Part shown: piece after piece, positions 10,046-20,354 of the stretch
Numbering within the stretch: the stretch's first letter is position 1
Layout of the letters: every line of letters begins with the position of its first letter
Source: Bacilli bacterium
GTDB taxonomy: Bacteria > Bacillota_I > Bacilli_A > RF39 > UBA660
Direction: 5' to 3'
Assembly: GCA_017887425.1 (NCBI GenBank)
Contig: JAGHHZ010000029.1
Coordinates: forward strand, 1 to 61,956
DNA: 61,956 bases
Position numbers and translations under genes: made by a program
Notes under the pieces: generated by a model
Database searches by the model: none
Told to the model about the DNA's origin: nothing
What the model saw: the letters and a program-made list of their open reading frames with translations, nothing else

Positions 10046-11857
10046 TTATGATAGCTGTTCAAATTGTGAATTATATAAATTAGCATAAAATCCACCTTTA
10101 GCTAATAACTCTTCATGATTACCCTGTTCAACGATATCACCATTATTCATTACTAAAATCAAATCAGCATCTCTAATTGTTGATAAACGATGAGCAATAA
10201 TAAATGAAGTTCTTCCTTTCATCAATTCATCCATCGCTTTTTGAATCAATATTTCGGTTCTCGTATCGACACTACTAGTTGCTTCGTCTAAAATTAAAAC
10301 TTTAGGATTAGCTAAGATAGCTCGAGCAATTGTAAGTAACTGTTTTTGTCCTTGAGATATATTGTTAGTTTCCTCATTTAATTCCATATTATAACTATCT
10401 GGTAATGTTTGAATAAAATGATGAACATGAGCTTTTTTAGCTGCTTCAATTACTTCGTCATCAGTAGCATCTAATTTACCATATCTTAAATTATCCATAA
10501 TCGTTCCAGAGAATAACCAAGTATCTTGTAAAACCATTCCAAAAATATGTCTTAAATCACTACGTTTATAATCATTGATATTATTACCATCAATTAAAAT
10601 CTTCCCATCTGTAACATTATAAAAACGCATAAGTAATTTAACCATCGTTGTTTTACCTGCTCCAGTAGGACCGACAATCGCAATCTTTTGACCTTTTTTA
10701 ACTTTAACGCTAAAATCATGAATAATTATTTGATCTTCATTATAACCAAACTTAACATGATCAAATGTAACATTACCCTGGATATCACCAACTGTAAGTG
10801 GATTTTTAACTTCTACTTCCTCAGTTTCTTCTAAAAACTCGAATACTCTTTCACTAGCTGCTATCATGGCTTGAATCATATTTGAAACTTGCGCTAATTG
10901 AGCAATTGGATTAGTAAAGTTTTTAGTGTAAGAAATAAATGATTGAATATTACCAACTGTAATTCTTCCTTTTATTGCATAATATCCACCTAATATTGCT
11001 ACAACCACATATCCTAAATTACCGATAAAATTCATAATTGGATGCATCATTCCAGAAAAGAATTGGCTCTTCCATCCAGATGAACATAATTTTTCGTTGT
11101 CTTTTTCAAAATTTTTAACAACTTTATCTTCAGCATTGAAAACTTTAATAACATTTTGGCCAGAATACATTTCCTCAATTTGTCCGTTAACATGACCTAG
11201 ATATTCTTGTTGATCAGAGAAATATCTTTGACTATGCTTAACAATAAACATGGTAATTAATGTAGCAATCGGTAAAATTAATAAAGCAACAATCGTCATT
11301 ACCACATTAATTGATAACATCATAACTAAAATACCAATAATAGTAGCAATTGAAGTTATTAATTGTGTGGTACTTTGATTTAAACTTTGACTCATTGTAT
11401 CAATATCGTTAGTAATAATAGATAATACTTCACCATGAGTCTTTTTGTCAAAATAATTCATTGGTAACTTATTAATTTTAATAGAAACTTTCTTTCTTAA
11501 TTCATAAGTATATTTTTGACTAATACCAGTCATAATAAATCCTTGAATGTAAGAAAATATAGCACTAATAATATATAATCCTAAAAGGAAAGTTAAAATT
11601 GAAGCTATTTTACCAAAATCAATTCCTGCTCCCCCACTTAATTTGCTTATTACTCCATTAAATAATTCAGTTGTCGCATTACCCAATATCTTAGGTCCAA
11701 CTATAGAAAAAATTGTACTAGCAATCGCAAATATAACAATTACAATTAACTGAATTTTATATTTGCCCATACTTTTAAATAATTTTTGAACAGTTCCCTT
11801 GAAGTCTTTAGCTTTTTCCGTTGCCATAGCTCCAGGGCCTTTTGGTCCTCTATTCAT
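10046..11857 (-). CDS. ABC exporter, fused TMD-NBD subunit (consensus site)
   Basis: 6 TM, GPTGAGKT, ISQGQKQ, LILDEATS, IAHRLS. Confidence 0.92.
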   Translation of the reverse strand: MNRGPKGPGAMATEKAKDFKGTVQKLFKSMGKYKIQLIVIVIFAIASTIFSIVGPKILGNATTELFNGVISKLSGGAGIDFGKIASILTFLLGLYIISAIFSYIQGFIMTGISQKYTYELRKKVSIKINKLPMNYFDKKTHGEVLSIITNDIDTMSQSLNQSTTQLITSIATIIGILVMMLSINVVMTIVALLILPIATLITMFIVKHSQRYFSDQQEYLGHVNGQIEEMYSGQNVIKVFNAEDKVVKNFEKDNEKLCSSGWKSQFFSGMMHPIMNFIGNLGYVVVAILGGYYAIKGRITVGNIQSFISYTKNFTNPIAQLAQVSNMIQAMIAASERVFEFLEETEEVEVKNPLTVGDIQGNVTFDHVKFGYNEDQIIIHDFSVKVKKGQKIAIVGPTGAGKTTMVKLLMRFYNVTDGKILIDGNNINDYKRSDLRHIFGMVLQDTWLFSGTIMDNLRYGKLDATDDEVIEAAKKAHVHHFIQTLPDSYNMELNEETNNISQGQKQLLTIARAILANPKVLILDEATSSVDTRTEILIQKAMDELMKGRTSFIIAHRLSTIRDADLILVMNNGDIVEQGNHEELLAKGGFYANLYNSQFEQLS

Positions 11858-14039
11858 TTTCTAATTCCTCCTTTGATAATTGAGAATAAGCAATCTCTTG
11901 GTATATTTCACAAGATTTTAATAATTCTTTATGTGTACCAATACCAACAACATGACCTTTGTCTAAAACAATAATTTGGTCAGCTTGCATAACAGTACTA
12001 ATTCTTTGAGCAACGATGAAAATAGTCGAATTTTTAGTATATTTAGCTAGTTCTTTACGTAATTTCGCATCTGTTTTATAATCAAGTGCTGAAAAACTAT
12101 CATCAAAAATATAAATTTCTGGATCAGTTGCAATCGCACGTGCTATTGCAAGACGTTGTCTTTGACCACCTGATACATTAGTTCCACCTTGGGAAATTTC
12201 ACTTTTGAATTTATCTTTTTTATTTTCAATAAACTCTAAAGATTGACTTATTTCAGCTGCTTTTGTTATTTTTTCTTTATCCATCTTATCTAAACCAAAA
12301 GCAATATTAGATTCGATTGTTCCTGAAAATAACATTCCTTTTTGTGGCACATAACCAATTTTATCTCTTAACTTTTCAATATTGGCTTTTCTAATATCGA
12401 TACCATCGATTAATATTTTACCACCAGTTACATCAAAAAATCTTGGTATTAAATTGATTAGAGTAGATTTACCAGATCCTGTTGAACCGATAAAAGCAGT
12501 AGTTGTTCCTGTCATTGCTTTAAAACTGATATTTTGTAATACATCTTCTTCCGCATCAGGATATCTAAAATAAACATCTTTAAATTCGACAACACCTTTT
12601 AATTCATCGTTAAATTTTAAAGGTTTATCAATTTGTTTAATTGAAGTATCCCTATCCAATACCTCTCCAATTCTTTTTAATGATACAAAAGCTCTTGGAA
12701 CCATAATTGATACCATTGAAATCATTAAGAAAGACATAATTATCTGCATTGTATAAGTAATAAATGCCATTAATGTTCCTACTTGGATTGTTCCAGCATC
12801 AATCTTACTTGCTCCTACCCAAACAATTAAAACACTTACTCCGTTCATAATAAACATCATCGATGGCATCATAACTGTCATAACTCGATTGACAAATAAA
12901 TTTACTTTAGTTAAATCTTTATTCGCATCATCAAATCTTTTTTCTTCATGTTTTTCTGTACCAAATGCTCTAATAACTGGGATACCAGATAATATTTCTC
13001 TTGATACTAAATTTACTTTATCGATTAACTTTTGAACTTTATTAAATTTAGGCATAGCTAAACCAAATAAAATAATAACAAAACCGATTATCGTTACGAC
13101 AGCTAAAGCAATAATCCAACTCATATCATTACCACTTACTTTAGCCAAAGCACCAATTCCCATGATAGGAGCAAAGAAAACAATTCGAAGTAGCATAACA
13201 ATCAACATTTGAATTTGTTGAATATCATTAGTACTCCTTGTAATTAAAGAAGCTGTGGAAAAGCTTTCAAACTCTGTATTAGAATAAGTCATTACTTTAT
13301 TGACAACTTTGCTTCTTAAATCACGACTGAAAAATGCCGCAATTCTACTTGTTAAAAATACTGATGCAATAGTTAAAACCATTGAAGCTAAAGCTAACCC
13401 CAACATTTTTAATCCAGTAGTAGCAATATAACCAAGTTGCATTTCTTCGACGTCTATGCCAATTTTAGTATACTCATCTTTTAAATAAACAATAGCTGTT
13501 TGCTCCAATAAACTAACAGTTTCATCAGAATAATTTTCACTTAATTTATTAACAAACTCGTTATGGCTTTCTTGATCCATGGCTTGTAAAATATCATAAA
13601 TACTCATACCATCTGGAATTTGCATTCCGAAACTACTTGGATCAAAACTTTCTTGGGAAGTATTATATACCATAATCATCGGCAATGTTATAATACTTCT
13701 TAAATCCTCATTTTCCGTATTTAAGATATATAAGTTTTCTTCATTTAGCAATGGATATTTTTCTAAATATTCTGTATTATCTTTAGTAATTAAAGTATAA
13801 CTATTATTTACTTTTTCTTGACTTTCACTATTCATAAATAATAATAGTTTATTATACTCTTCTTCCCTGATAACTTCTGGTACTGGTGATTCAATACCAC
13901 TTTGTTGAATACCAATGTTAACAATATTCGAAGTATATTCTGGTAAAGTTAAATCACAATTTGCTTGCATAAATAACAAAACAAATACCAAAATTATATA
14001 AAAACTATACTTTTTTAAAATTTTTAAAATATGTTTCAT
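11850..14039 (-). CDS. ABC exporter, fused TMD-NBD subunit (degenerate site) with large extracellular loop
   Basis: GSTGSGKS, VSGGQRQ, IFDDSFS (D replaces catalytic E) and VAQR (Q replaces H), the pattern of a heterodimeric exporter. Confidence 0.92.
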   Translation of the reverse strand: MKHILKILKKYSFYIILVFVLLFMQANCDLTLPEYTSNIVNIGIQQSGIESPVPEVIREEEYNKLLLFMNSESQEKVNNSYTLITKDNTEYLEKYPLLNEENLYILNTENEDLRSIITLPMIMVYNTSQESFDPSSFGMQIPDGMSIYDILQAMDQESHNEFVNKLSENYSDETVSLLEQTAIVYLKDEYTKIGIDVEEMQLGYIATTGLKMLGLALASMVLTIASVFLTSRIAAFFSRDLRSKVVNKVMTYSNTEFESFSTASLITRSTNDIQQIQMLIVMLLRIVFFAPIMGIGALAKVSGNDMSWIIALAVVTIIGFVIILFGLAMPKFNKVQKLIDKVNLVSREILSGIPVIRAFGTEKHEEKRFDDANKDLTKVNLFVNRVMTVMMPSMMFIMNGVSVLIVWVGASKIDAGTIQVGTLMAFITYTMQIIMSFLMISMVSIMVPRAFVSLKRIGEVLDRDTSIKQIDKPLKFNDELKGVVEFKDVYFRYPDAEEDVLQNISFKAMTGTTTAFIGSTGSGKSTLINLIPRFFDVTGGKILIDGIDIRKANIEKLRDKIGYVPQKGMLFSGTIESNIAFGLDKMDKEKITKAAEISQSLEFIENKKDKFKSEISQGGTNVSGGQRQRLAIARAIATDPEIYIFDDSFSALDYKTDAKLRKELAKYTKNSTIFIVAQRISTVMQADQIIVLDKGHVVGIGTHKELLKSCEIYQEIAYSQLSKEELENE

Positions 14040-14467
14040 TAATTTCCTCCTTGTACATTATTAAACATTTTTTTGATAACTTGATAAAATGTATTTAACT
14101 CCTCTTTAGTAATGCCTGATGTCATTTTATTTTCCATATTTTTAGCTTTTTTCTTCATTTCAACTATTAAAGAGATACTTTTATCAGTTATCATTATTTC
14201 CTTATTTCGTGCATCATTAAGACTGACAACTCTTTTAATGAATCCTTTGTTTTCCAACCGCTTTAAAATGCCATTAACCGTTGGGTTTGTTAATTCAAAT
14301 TCTCTTTCAATGTCTCTTTGATTAATTATATTCTTTCTATTTTTATATAAATAAATCAACACATGTGCTTGCATACCAGTTAAATCAATATCTTCTAAAT
14401 CCTTATTTAAATTTTTTTCCATCGTTTGAAAAATTTTTTTTAAATAAAATCCGATTTCCCTTTCCAT
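14039..14467 (-). CDS. MarR family transcriptional regulator
   Basis: LTGMQAHVL, NQRDIE, PTVNGILKRLENKGFI, DARNK. First gene of the ABC operon. Confidence 0.9.
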   Translation of the reverse strand: MEREIGFYLKKIFQTMEKNLNKDLEDIDLTGMQAHVLIYLYKNRKNIINQRDIEREFELTNPTVNGILKRLENKGFIKRVVSLNDARNKEIMITDKSISLIVEMKKKAKNMENKMTSGITKEELNTFYQVIKKMFNNVQGGN

Positions 14468-14485
14468 ACTATCACCCTCAAATTA

Positions 14486-14529
14486 TATAGCACGCTATAC
14501 ATTATATGGTATTAAAAAAAAATTGTCAA
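14486..14529 (-). promoter_or_regulatory. Consensus sigmaA promoter plus candidate MarR operator
   Basis: TTGACA (14524-29)-17-TATAAT (14501-06). Palindrome TATAGC-AC-GCTATA at 14486-14499 lies over the expected start site. Confidence 0.7.
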
Positions 14530-14562
14530 CAAAAAAAATCAAAAAATATTAATTCTTTGATT

Positions 14563-15867
14563 TTAAAAAGGCATTTTAAAATTACCACTATTAAATTGTT
14601 TCATCATAATTTTCATTTGTTCAAATTGTTTTAATAATCGATTTACTTCTTCGACACTTCTTCCACTACCTTTAGCAATTCTTTGTTTACGACTTGCTTT
14701 TAATACTTCTGGATGTCTTCTTTCATAAGGTGTCATCGATAAAATAATTGCTTCAATATGAGCCATATCTTTAGGATTGATTTGGACATTATTCAATCCC
14801 ATTTTTTTAGCTCCTGGTAACATTTTAATAATATTTTCTAAAGGTCCTAGTTTTTTTATTTGTTTTAATTGAACTAAAAAATCTTCTAAATCAAATTTGC
14901 CCTTTTGCATCTTTTTAGCCGCATTAATTGCTTCATCATCCATGATATCCTCAGCTTTTTCAATCATACTCATGATATCGCCCATATCAAGTATTCTAGT
15001 CGCCATTCTTTCTGGATAAAATTCTTCTAATCCATCCATTTTTTCAGAAGTACCAACAAACTTAATTGGAACATTAGTTAAATGTCTTACTGATAAAGCT
15101 ACTCCACCTTTAGTGTCACCATCTAATTTAGTTAATATAGCTCCGGTTAAATCTAATTTTTCATTAAATCCCGTTATAACATTAATAGCATCTTGTCCTG
15201 TCATACTATCAACAACTAATAATATTTCATCAGGATTGACGATATTTTTAATATCATTTAATTCATCCATTAGTTCTTCATCAATATGTAATCTACCAGC
15301 TGTATCGATTAAAATATAGTTAAATCCATTTTCTTTAGCATATTTAACTGCATTAGTAACTATTTCTCGAGGATCTTTTTTACCTTCTTCATAAACTTCG
15401 ATATTTAATTCTTTACCAATTTGTTTTAATTGGTCAATTGCCGCTGGCCTGTATACATCACAGGCTACTAATAATGGTTTTTTATTATATTTTTTTCTTA
15501 ATAATAAACTTAATTTACCGATAGTAGTTGTTTTACCACTTCCTTGTAAACCAACTAACATTAAAATATTTAAACTTTTATTAGTAACTAAATCTTTCTT
15601 TTCGCCACCTAACAATTCAACTAATTCATCTTTAACTATTTTAATAAATAATTCACTAGGTTTTAAACTATTACTAACTTCTTCTCCTAAAGCTTTTTCT
15701 TTAACATTATTAATAAATTCTTTAACAACTTGATAATTAACATCTGCTTCAAGTAACGCTAATCTTAATTCTCTTGTTATATCACTAATATTTTCTTCGG
15801 TAATCTTACCATATCCTTTTATTTTATTTACTACACTAGTTAATCTATCTCCTAAACTTTCAAACAT
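14563..15867 (-). CDS. ffh: Signal recognition particle protein Ffh
   Basis: ALLEADV, GLQGSGKTTT, DTAGR, TKLDG, Met-rich M domain with RIAKGSG. ATG 15867 follows AAGGTGA. Confidence 0.97.
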   Translation of the reverse strand: MFESLGDRLTSVVNKIKGYGKITEENISDITRELRLALLEADVNYQVVKEFINNVKEKALGEEVSNSLKPSELFIKIVKDELVELLGGEKKDLVTNKSLNILMLVGLQGSGKTTTIGKLSLLLRKKYNKKPLLVACDVYRPAAIDQLKQIGKELNIEVYEEGKKDPREIVTNAVKYAKENGFNYILIDTAGRLHIDEELMDELNDIKNIVNPDEILLVVDSMTGQDAINVITGFNEKLDLTGAILTKLDGDTKGGVALSVRHLTNVPIKFVGTSEKMDGLEEFYPERMATRILDMGDIMSMIEKAEDIMDDEAINAAKKMQKGKFDLEDFLVQLKQIKKLGPLENIIKMLPGAKKMGLNNVQINPKDMAHIEAIILSMTPYERRHPEVLKASRKQRIAKGSGRSVEEVNRLLKQFEQMKIMMKQFNSGNFKMPF

Positions 15868-15940
15868 ATATATCACCTTTATAAATTATACTATATTTTA
15901 AGCAAAAAACAAATAAAAAAATTGTACTTAATTCGTACAA

Positions 15941-16657
15941 TTAAACATTAGCTACATTGTGGTAAACATTAGAAACATCTTCAACTTCATCTAACATACC
16001 TAATAATTTATTAAATATATCTAAATCTTCACCAGTTAATTCCACTTTTTCTTTTGGTAACATAGTTATTTCATCCATATCAAATATAACATTCGGTAAA
16101 GCACTTGTAATAGCTTCTTTAATTTTAAATAAATCTTGTGGATCACCATAAACAACGATTTCTTCATCTTCTTCAATATCTTTAACATCGATATCATTTT
16201 CAATCAAAACATTTAAAGTATCTTCTAAAGATAATCCTTTAAAACTAACGACACACAAATTATCATAATTATAAGATACACTACCAACATTACCTAATTT
16301 AACATGACATTTATTAACAACAGCTCTTAAATCACTAACTGTTCGATTAACATTATCAGTTAGACATTCAATAATTAAAGTTGAGCCAGCTGGACCAAAC
16401 ATTTCATAAGTATTTTTAGTATAAGTTTCATCAACTCCACTATTTACTTTATCGATAGCTCTTTTAATAATATCTTGTGGAACTTGTTCTTTTTTAGCTC
16501 TTTCAACTAATCTTTTTAAAGCTGAATTAGCTTCTAAACTTGTTCCACCATTTTTAGCAGCTTGATATATTTCTTTAGCATACATACTATAGATTTTACC
16601 ACGTGCTGCGCCTGTTTTTTGAATACTTGCTTTTCTTACTTCATAAGCTCTTCCCAT
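15941..16657 (-). CDS. yebC: YebC/PmpR family protein
   Basis: MGRAYE, TDNVNRT, EDVSNVYHN. Confidence 0.92.
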   Translation of the reverse strand: MGRAYEVRKASIQKTGAARGKIYSMYAKEIYQAAKNGGTSLEANSALKRLVERAKKEQVPQDIIKRAIDKVNSGVDETYTKNTYEMFGPAGSTLIIECLTDNVNRTVSDLRAVVNKCHVKLGNVGSVSYNYDNLCVVSFKGLSLEDTLNVLIENDIDVKDIEEDEEIVVYGDPQDLFKIKEAITSALPNVIFDMDEITMLPKEKVELTGEDLDIFNKLLGMLDEVEDVSNVYHNVANV

Positions 16658-16684
16658 TAAAAATCACCTCATAATATTTTACAT

Positions 16685-17722
16685 TTATTTTAATTTTTTT
16701 TCAACACCTAAAACCATTTCACTTAAAATATCGTCATTTTTAGTAAAATTAGATAAGTTAATATTTAAATATTCATCGATTTCAAAAGGACTAGAATAGA
16801 TACTAACATTAGGGAAATGATAATTAATCCTAAAAAAATTGCGCAAAAATTTTTGAGTTAAATTATTTTGAATTCTTAAGTGTTCATCTAAATACTTTTG
16901 TTCTATTTCTTTTTGTTCTTCTAAACTCAAATTGTCTTTTTTAATAAGATAGTTTATTTTACGTTGATAAGCTTCTTTTTTCGCATTATAACGAATTGGT
17001 AAAAAAGGGACGACTTTTACCTTAGCAATACCTAATTCGACTAATTGATTTAAAAAAACTGATAGACTTAATACAGCACTAGGAGATACGTCACTGATAT
17101 TTTCAGGATAATAACTAGATCTATGTTCTTTATAATCTTTATATTCTATGATTTCAGATTCATAAACTCCTTCATTCATTTTATATAGCATTCTTTTTAT
17201 CTTTTTACTATAAGGGCTACTTTTATCTAAATTTTTATCTTGAACAGCAAATATATAACAAACACCATCACTTATTCCATAACTAATAATTGGTAATTCA
17301 TATTTAAAAGTACCATCAGTAATACTGCATTTAAAACAGTATGGACTCTCTTGATAATATTCTTGTGTTTTAATTTCGATACTATTATCTAAAAAAGGAA
17401 TTGTCTTATCTTCTAACATTCTATTTTTAACAAAATCGATATTTTTTTTAATATATAATTCAATATCGTTAAAATCCGAAAAACTCAAATTAGAAAAAAG
17501 ATAAACTAATTTTTTCAATATATCTTCTTTACTAGAAATATTAAATAAACTGATAAATTGTTTAATATATTTATAAAATAATTCTTTATTTTTGACTCGA
17601 ATAGTTAAAACATTATCATCTAAATAATAATTGATTCTAAAATGAATATTATAAAAAAACTCCCCTATTTGAACACGACCAGTTTCACATTGTTTAAAAA
17701 ACGCATCAATTAATTCATCCAT
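16685..17722 (-). CDS. Hypothetical protein, 345 aa
   Basis: Long ORF overlapping the rnc stop by 8 nt, no recognised motif. Confidence 0.7.
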   Translation of the reverse strand: MDELIDAFFKQCETGRVQIGEFFYNIHFRINYYLDDNVLTIRVKNKELFYKYIKQFISLFNISSKEDILKKLVYLFSNLSFSDFNDIELYIKKNIDFVKNRMLEDKTIPFLDNSIEIKTQEYYQESPYCFKCSITDGTFKYELPIISYGISDGVCYIFAVQDKNLDKSSPYSKKIKRMLYKMNEGVYESEIIEYKDYKEHRSSYYPENISDVSPSAVLSLSVFLNQLVELGIAKVKVVPFLPIRYNAKKEAYQRKINYLIKKDNLSLEEQKEIEQKYLDEHLRIQNNLTQKFLRNFFRINYHFPNVSIYSSPFEIDEYLNINLSNFTKNDDILSEMVLGVEKKLK

Positions 17723-18392
17723 TTTGCGCCTTCTTCAAAGCATCACGAGCAGCATTTTGTTCAGCTAACTTCTTACTATGAGCACTACCTTCACCATAGA
17801 TAATATCATCTATTTTAACAATTACGGTAAATGTTTTGTTATGCGCCGGTCCCGTTTCATTAACTACTACATATTCTAAAGATCTTTTATCGGTTTGAAC
17901 TAATTCTTGTAAAACTGATTTATAATCATTATCAAAATTAATTTCTTTATTTTCAATTAAAGGTATAACATTGTCATAAACAAATTTTTTAGCTCTTTCA
18001 AATCCACAGTCTAAATAAATAGCACCAATAAAAGCCTCAAAAATATCAGCGACAATTGCTTTACGAGTACGACCACCATTTTCTTCTTCTCCATGACCTA
18101 GTCTTAAATAGTCATTTAAATGTAATCTTATCGCATATTCAAAATTGGCATCTTCACAGACATATTTAGCTCGCATTTTAGTCATTACACCTTCTTCATA
18201 AGATGTATTCTTATATAAATATTCACTCATAATAACTTCTAAAACAGCGTCACCTAAATATTCTAATCGCTCATAACTTTCAATATTGTTTTCATTAGCA
18301 TATGAACTATGTGTTAAAGCTGTCAAATATAGCTTTTCATTGTTATATTTTATATTCAAGTCATCTAATAGTTTTTTCAAATCAATCACCAT
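17715..18392 (-). CDS. rnc: Ribonuclease III
   Basis: [33 protein letters not shown]-terminal dsRBD. Start may instead be TTG at 18380. Confidence 0.97.
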   Translation of the reverse strand: MVIDLKKLLDDLNIKYNNEKLYLTALTHSSYANENNIESYERLEYLGDAVLEVIMSEYLYKNTSYEEGVMTKMRAKYVCEDANFEYAIRLHLNDYLRLGHGEEENGGRTRKAIVADIFEAFIGAIYLDCGFERAKKFVYDNVIPLIENKEINFDNDYKSVLQELVQTDKRSLEYVVVNETGPAHNKTFTVIVKIDDIIYGEGSAHSKKLAEQNAARDALKKAQNG

Positions 18393-18421
18393 ACCAATTA
18401 TATCATATTTAAAAAATAAAA

Positions 18422-18450
18422 TTTACTTTTTATTGGTTTTAAGGTATAAT
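18422..18450 (+). promoter_or_regulatory. sigmaA promoter of yidD operon, probably leaderless
   Basis: TTTACT-17-TATAAT ends 6 nt before the ATG at 18457, and no SD sequence is present. Confidence 0.55.
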
Positions 18451-18456
18451 TATTTT

Positions 18457-18684
18457 ATGAAATATTTTTTATTAGGATTCATAAAAGCATATCAAATGCT
18501 ACCTGGACCATGGCATAATATGTGTAGACACACGCCGACTTGTTCTAACTATGGAATCGAAGCTATTATGACTCACGGTAGTTTAAAAGGAAGTATTTTG
18601 ACAATTAAAAGGATTATTAGATGTAATCCTTTCGGTACTTTTGGTTATGACCCAGTACCACCAAAGAAAGAGGTTAAAAAATGA
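18457..18684 (+). CDS. yidD: Membrane protein insertion efficiency factor YidD
   Basis: [28 protein letters not shown]. True start is ATG 18457; the longer ORF-track version overlaps rnc. Confidence 0.92.
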   Translation: MKYFLLGFIKAYQMLPGPWHNMCRHTPTCSNYGIEAIMTHGSLKGSILTIKRIIRCNPFGTFGYDPVPPKKEVKK

Positions 18685-19583
18685 AAAAAATTATTTTAGT
18701 TTTATTAAGTGTCTTATGTTTAACAGGATGCTTTAAAAGAGATAGTATGGAAGATATTAATGTCTATACAACTATTTATCCAATCGAATTCGTAACTGAA
18801 ATTCTATACGGTGATTATGGCGAAATAAATAGTATTTATCCTAATGGCGTAAATATCCAACTAGAAAGATGTGAAGAAAATTGTAATAATTTACTATATA
18901 CTTTAACTGAAAAACAAATTACCGATATTAGTCAGAATGATTTATTTATCTTTAATTCTCTATTATATGAAGGTGATTATGTTAAACCAATGTTAGAAAA
19001 CAATAAAAATTTAAAAATAATCAATGCCGCTGACAATTTAACAGAAGATGAATTTTACGGTTTAGAAGAAATGTGGTTAGATCCTTCACGACTATTAACT
19101 TTAGCACGTAACATTAAAAATGGTTTCGATGAATACATTGATAACTACTATTTAAAACAAGAAATAGAAACTAACTTTAAAGAATTAAAAGAACAATTAG
19201 ACAAATTAGGCTCAGAATTAGCTGATACCACTAAAAATGCTGATAATAAAATTATCGTAACTAATCGCGATACATTTAACTTTTTATCAAGAGATAAATT
19301 TGGTTTAACTGTTTACTCATTAGAAGAAAATGAAAATCTAACTCAAAAAACAATTAGTGATGTTAGGTCTTTAATTAACGATGGTACAATTAAATATATT
19401 TATATAGGACAATATGACGAACCAAATGAAACAATTAATAATTTAATTGAAGGAACTGATGTAGAAATAGTTAAATTACATATGTTAACCAATTTAACTG
19501 AAACAGAAATTAGTAACAAACAAGATTATTTTACATTAATGCGCGAAAATATTGAATTATTACGAAAAAATTTATATAATTAA
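18681..19583 (+). CDS. ZnuA/AdcA-fold (cluster A-I) substrate-binding lipoprotein, metal ligands degenerate
   Basis: Lipobox [34 protein letters not shown]. Confidence 0.75.
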   Translation: MKKIILVLLSVLCLTGCFKRDSMEDINVYTTIYPIEFVTEILYGDYGEINSIYPNGVNIQLERCEENCNNLLYTLTEKQITDISQNDLFIFNSLLYEGDYVKPMLENNKNLKIINAADNLTEDEFYGLEEMWLDPSRLLTLARNIKNGFDEYIDNYYLKQEIETNFKELKEQLDKLGSELADTTKNADNKIIVTNRDTFNFLSRDKFGLTVYSLEENENLTQKTISDVRSLINDGTIKYIYIGQYDEPNETINNLIEGTDVEIVKLHMLTNLTETEISNKQDYFTLMRENIELLRKNLYN

Positions 19584-19599
19584 TTAAGGAGGTTTATAT

Positions 19600-20352
19600 A
19601 TGTGGGTATTTGTTATAATTATTGCATTTATTATTCTAATTTCAATTAAACAAATCGACGAATATGAAAGAGGAGTTAAATTTACAACCGGAAAGTTCAC
19701 TAAAATGATGGAGCCAGGTTGGCGATTAGTACTTCCAATATTTCAATCTTACAAAAAAGTCGATATCAGAACTAAAGCTGTCGATGTTCCAGAACAAGAA
19801 GCTATTACAAGAGATAACGTTTCGGTAAAAATCAATGCTGTTATTTACTATAAAGTATTCGATGCTTCTAAAGCAATATTGGCTGTTGAAAACTTTAGAT
19901 ATGCTGTTAGCCAACTAGCCCAAACCACAATGCGTAATGCAGTTGGAGCTGTATCATTAGATGAATTATTAGGTGAAAGAGAAAAAATTTCAACTGAAAT
20001 TTGTAATCTGATCGACCAAGCTACTGACCCATGGGGAATAAAAGTAGAAAATGTCGAATTAAAAGATATTTCTTTACCTGAAGAAATGAAACGAGTTTTA
20101 GCTAAAGCTGCTGAAGCCGAAAGAGAAAAACTAGCAGTTATCACAAAAGCTTCTGGTGAAGTTGAAGCTTCTAAAAATTTAGCTAAAGCTGCCGAAATAA
20201 TGTCTTCTACTCCTGGAGCATTACATTTAAGAACACTATCAACATTAAATGATGTTAGTTCTGACCAATCAAATACTATTATTTTTGCAGTACCACTTGA
20301 AGTATTAAGAGCATTCGAGAATAATGATATAACTAAAGTAATTAAAAAATAG
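19600..20352 (+). CDS. SPFH/stomatin-like (slipin) protein
   Basis: EYERGV, QEAITRDNVSV, AQTTMR, WGIKVENVELKDI. Confidence 0.92.
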   Translation: MWVFVIIIAFIILISIKQIDEYERGVKFTTGKFTKMMEPGWRLVLPIFQSYKKVDIRTKAVDVPEQEAITRDNVSVKINAVIYYKVFDASKAILAVENFRYAVSQLAQTTMRNAVGAVSLDELLGEREKISTEICNLIDQATDPWGIKVENVELKDISLPEEMKRVLAKAAEAEREKLAVITKASGEVEASKNLAKAAEIMSSTPGALHLRTLSTLNDVSSDQSNTIIFAVPLEVLRAFENNDITKVIKK

Positions 20353-20354
20353 GC

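Noticed and set aside
18286-18456. N-terminal extension of YidD in the ORF track
   Set aside because: It overlaps rnc on the opposite strand, and YidD similarity and promoter position both point to ATG 18457.
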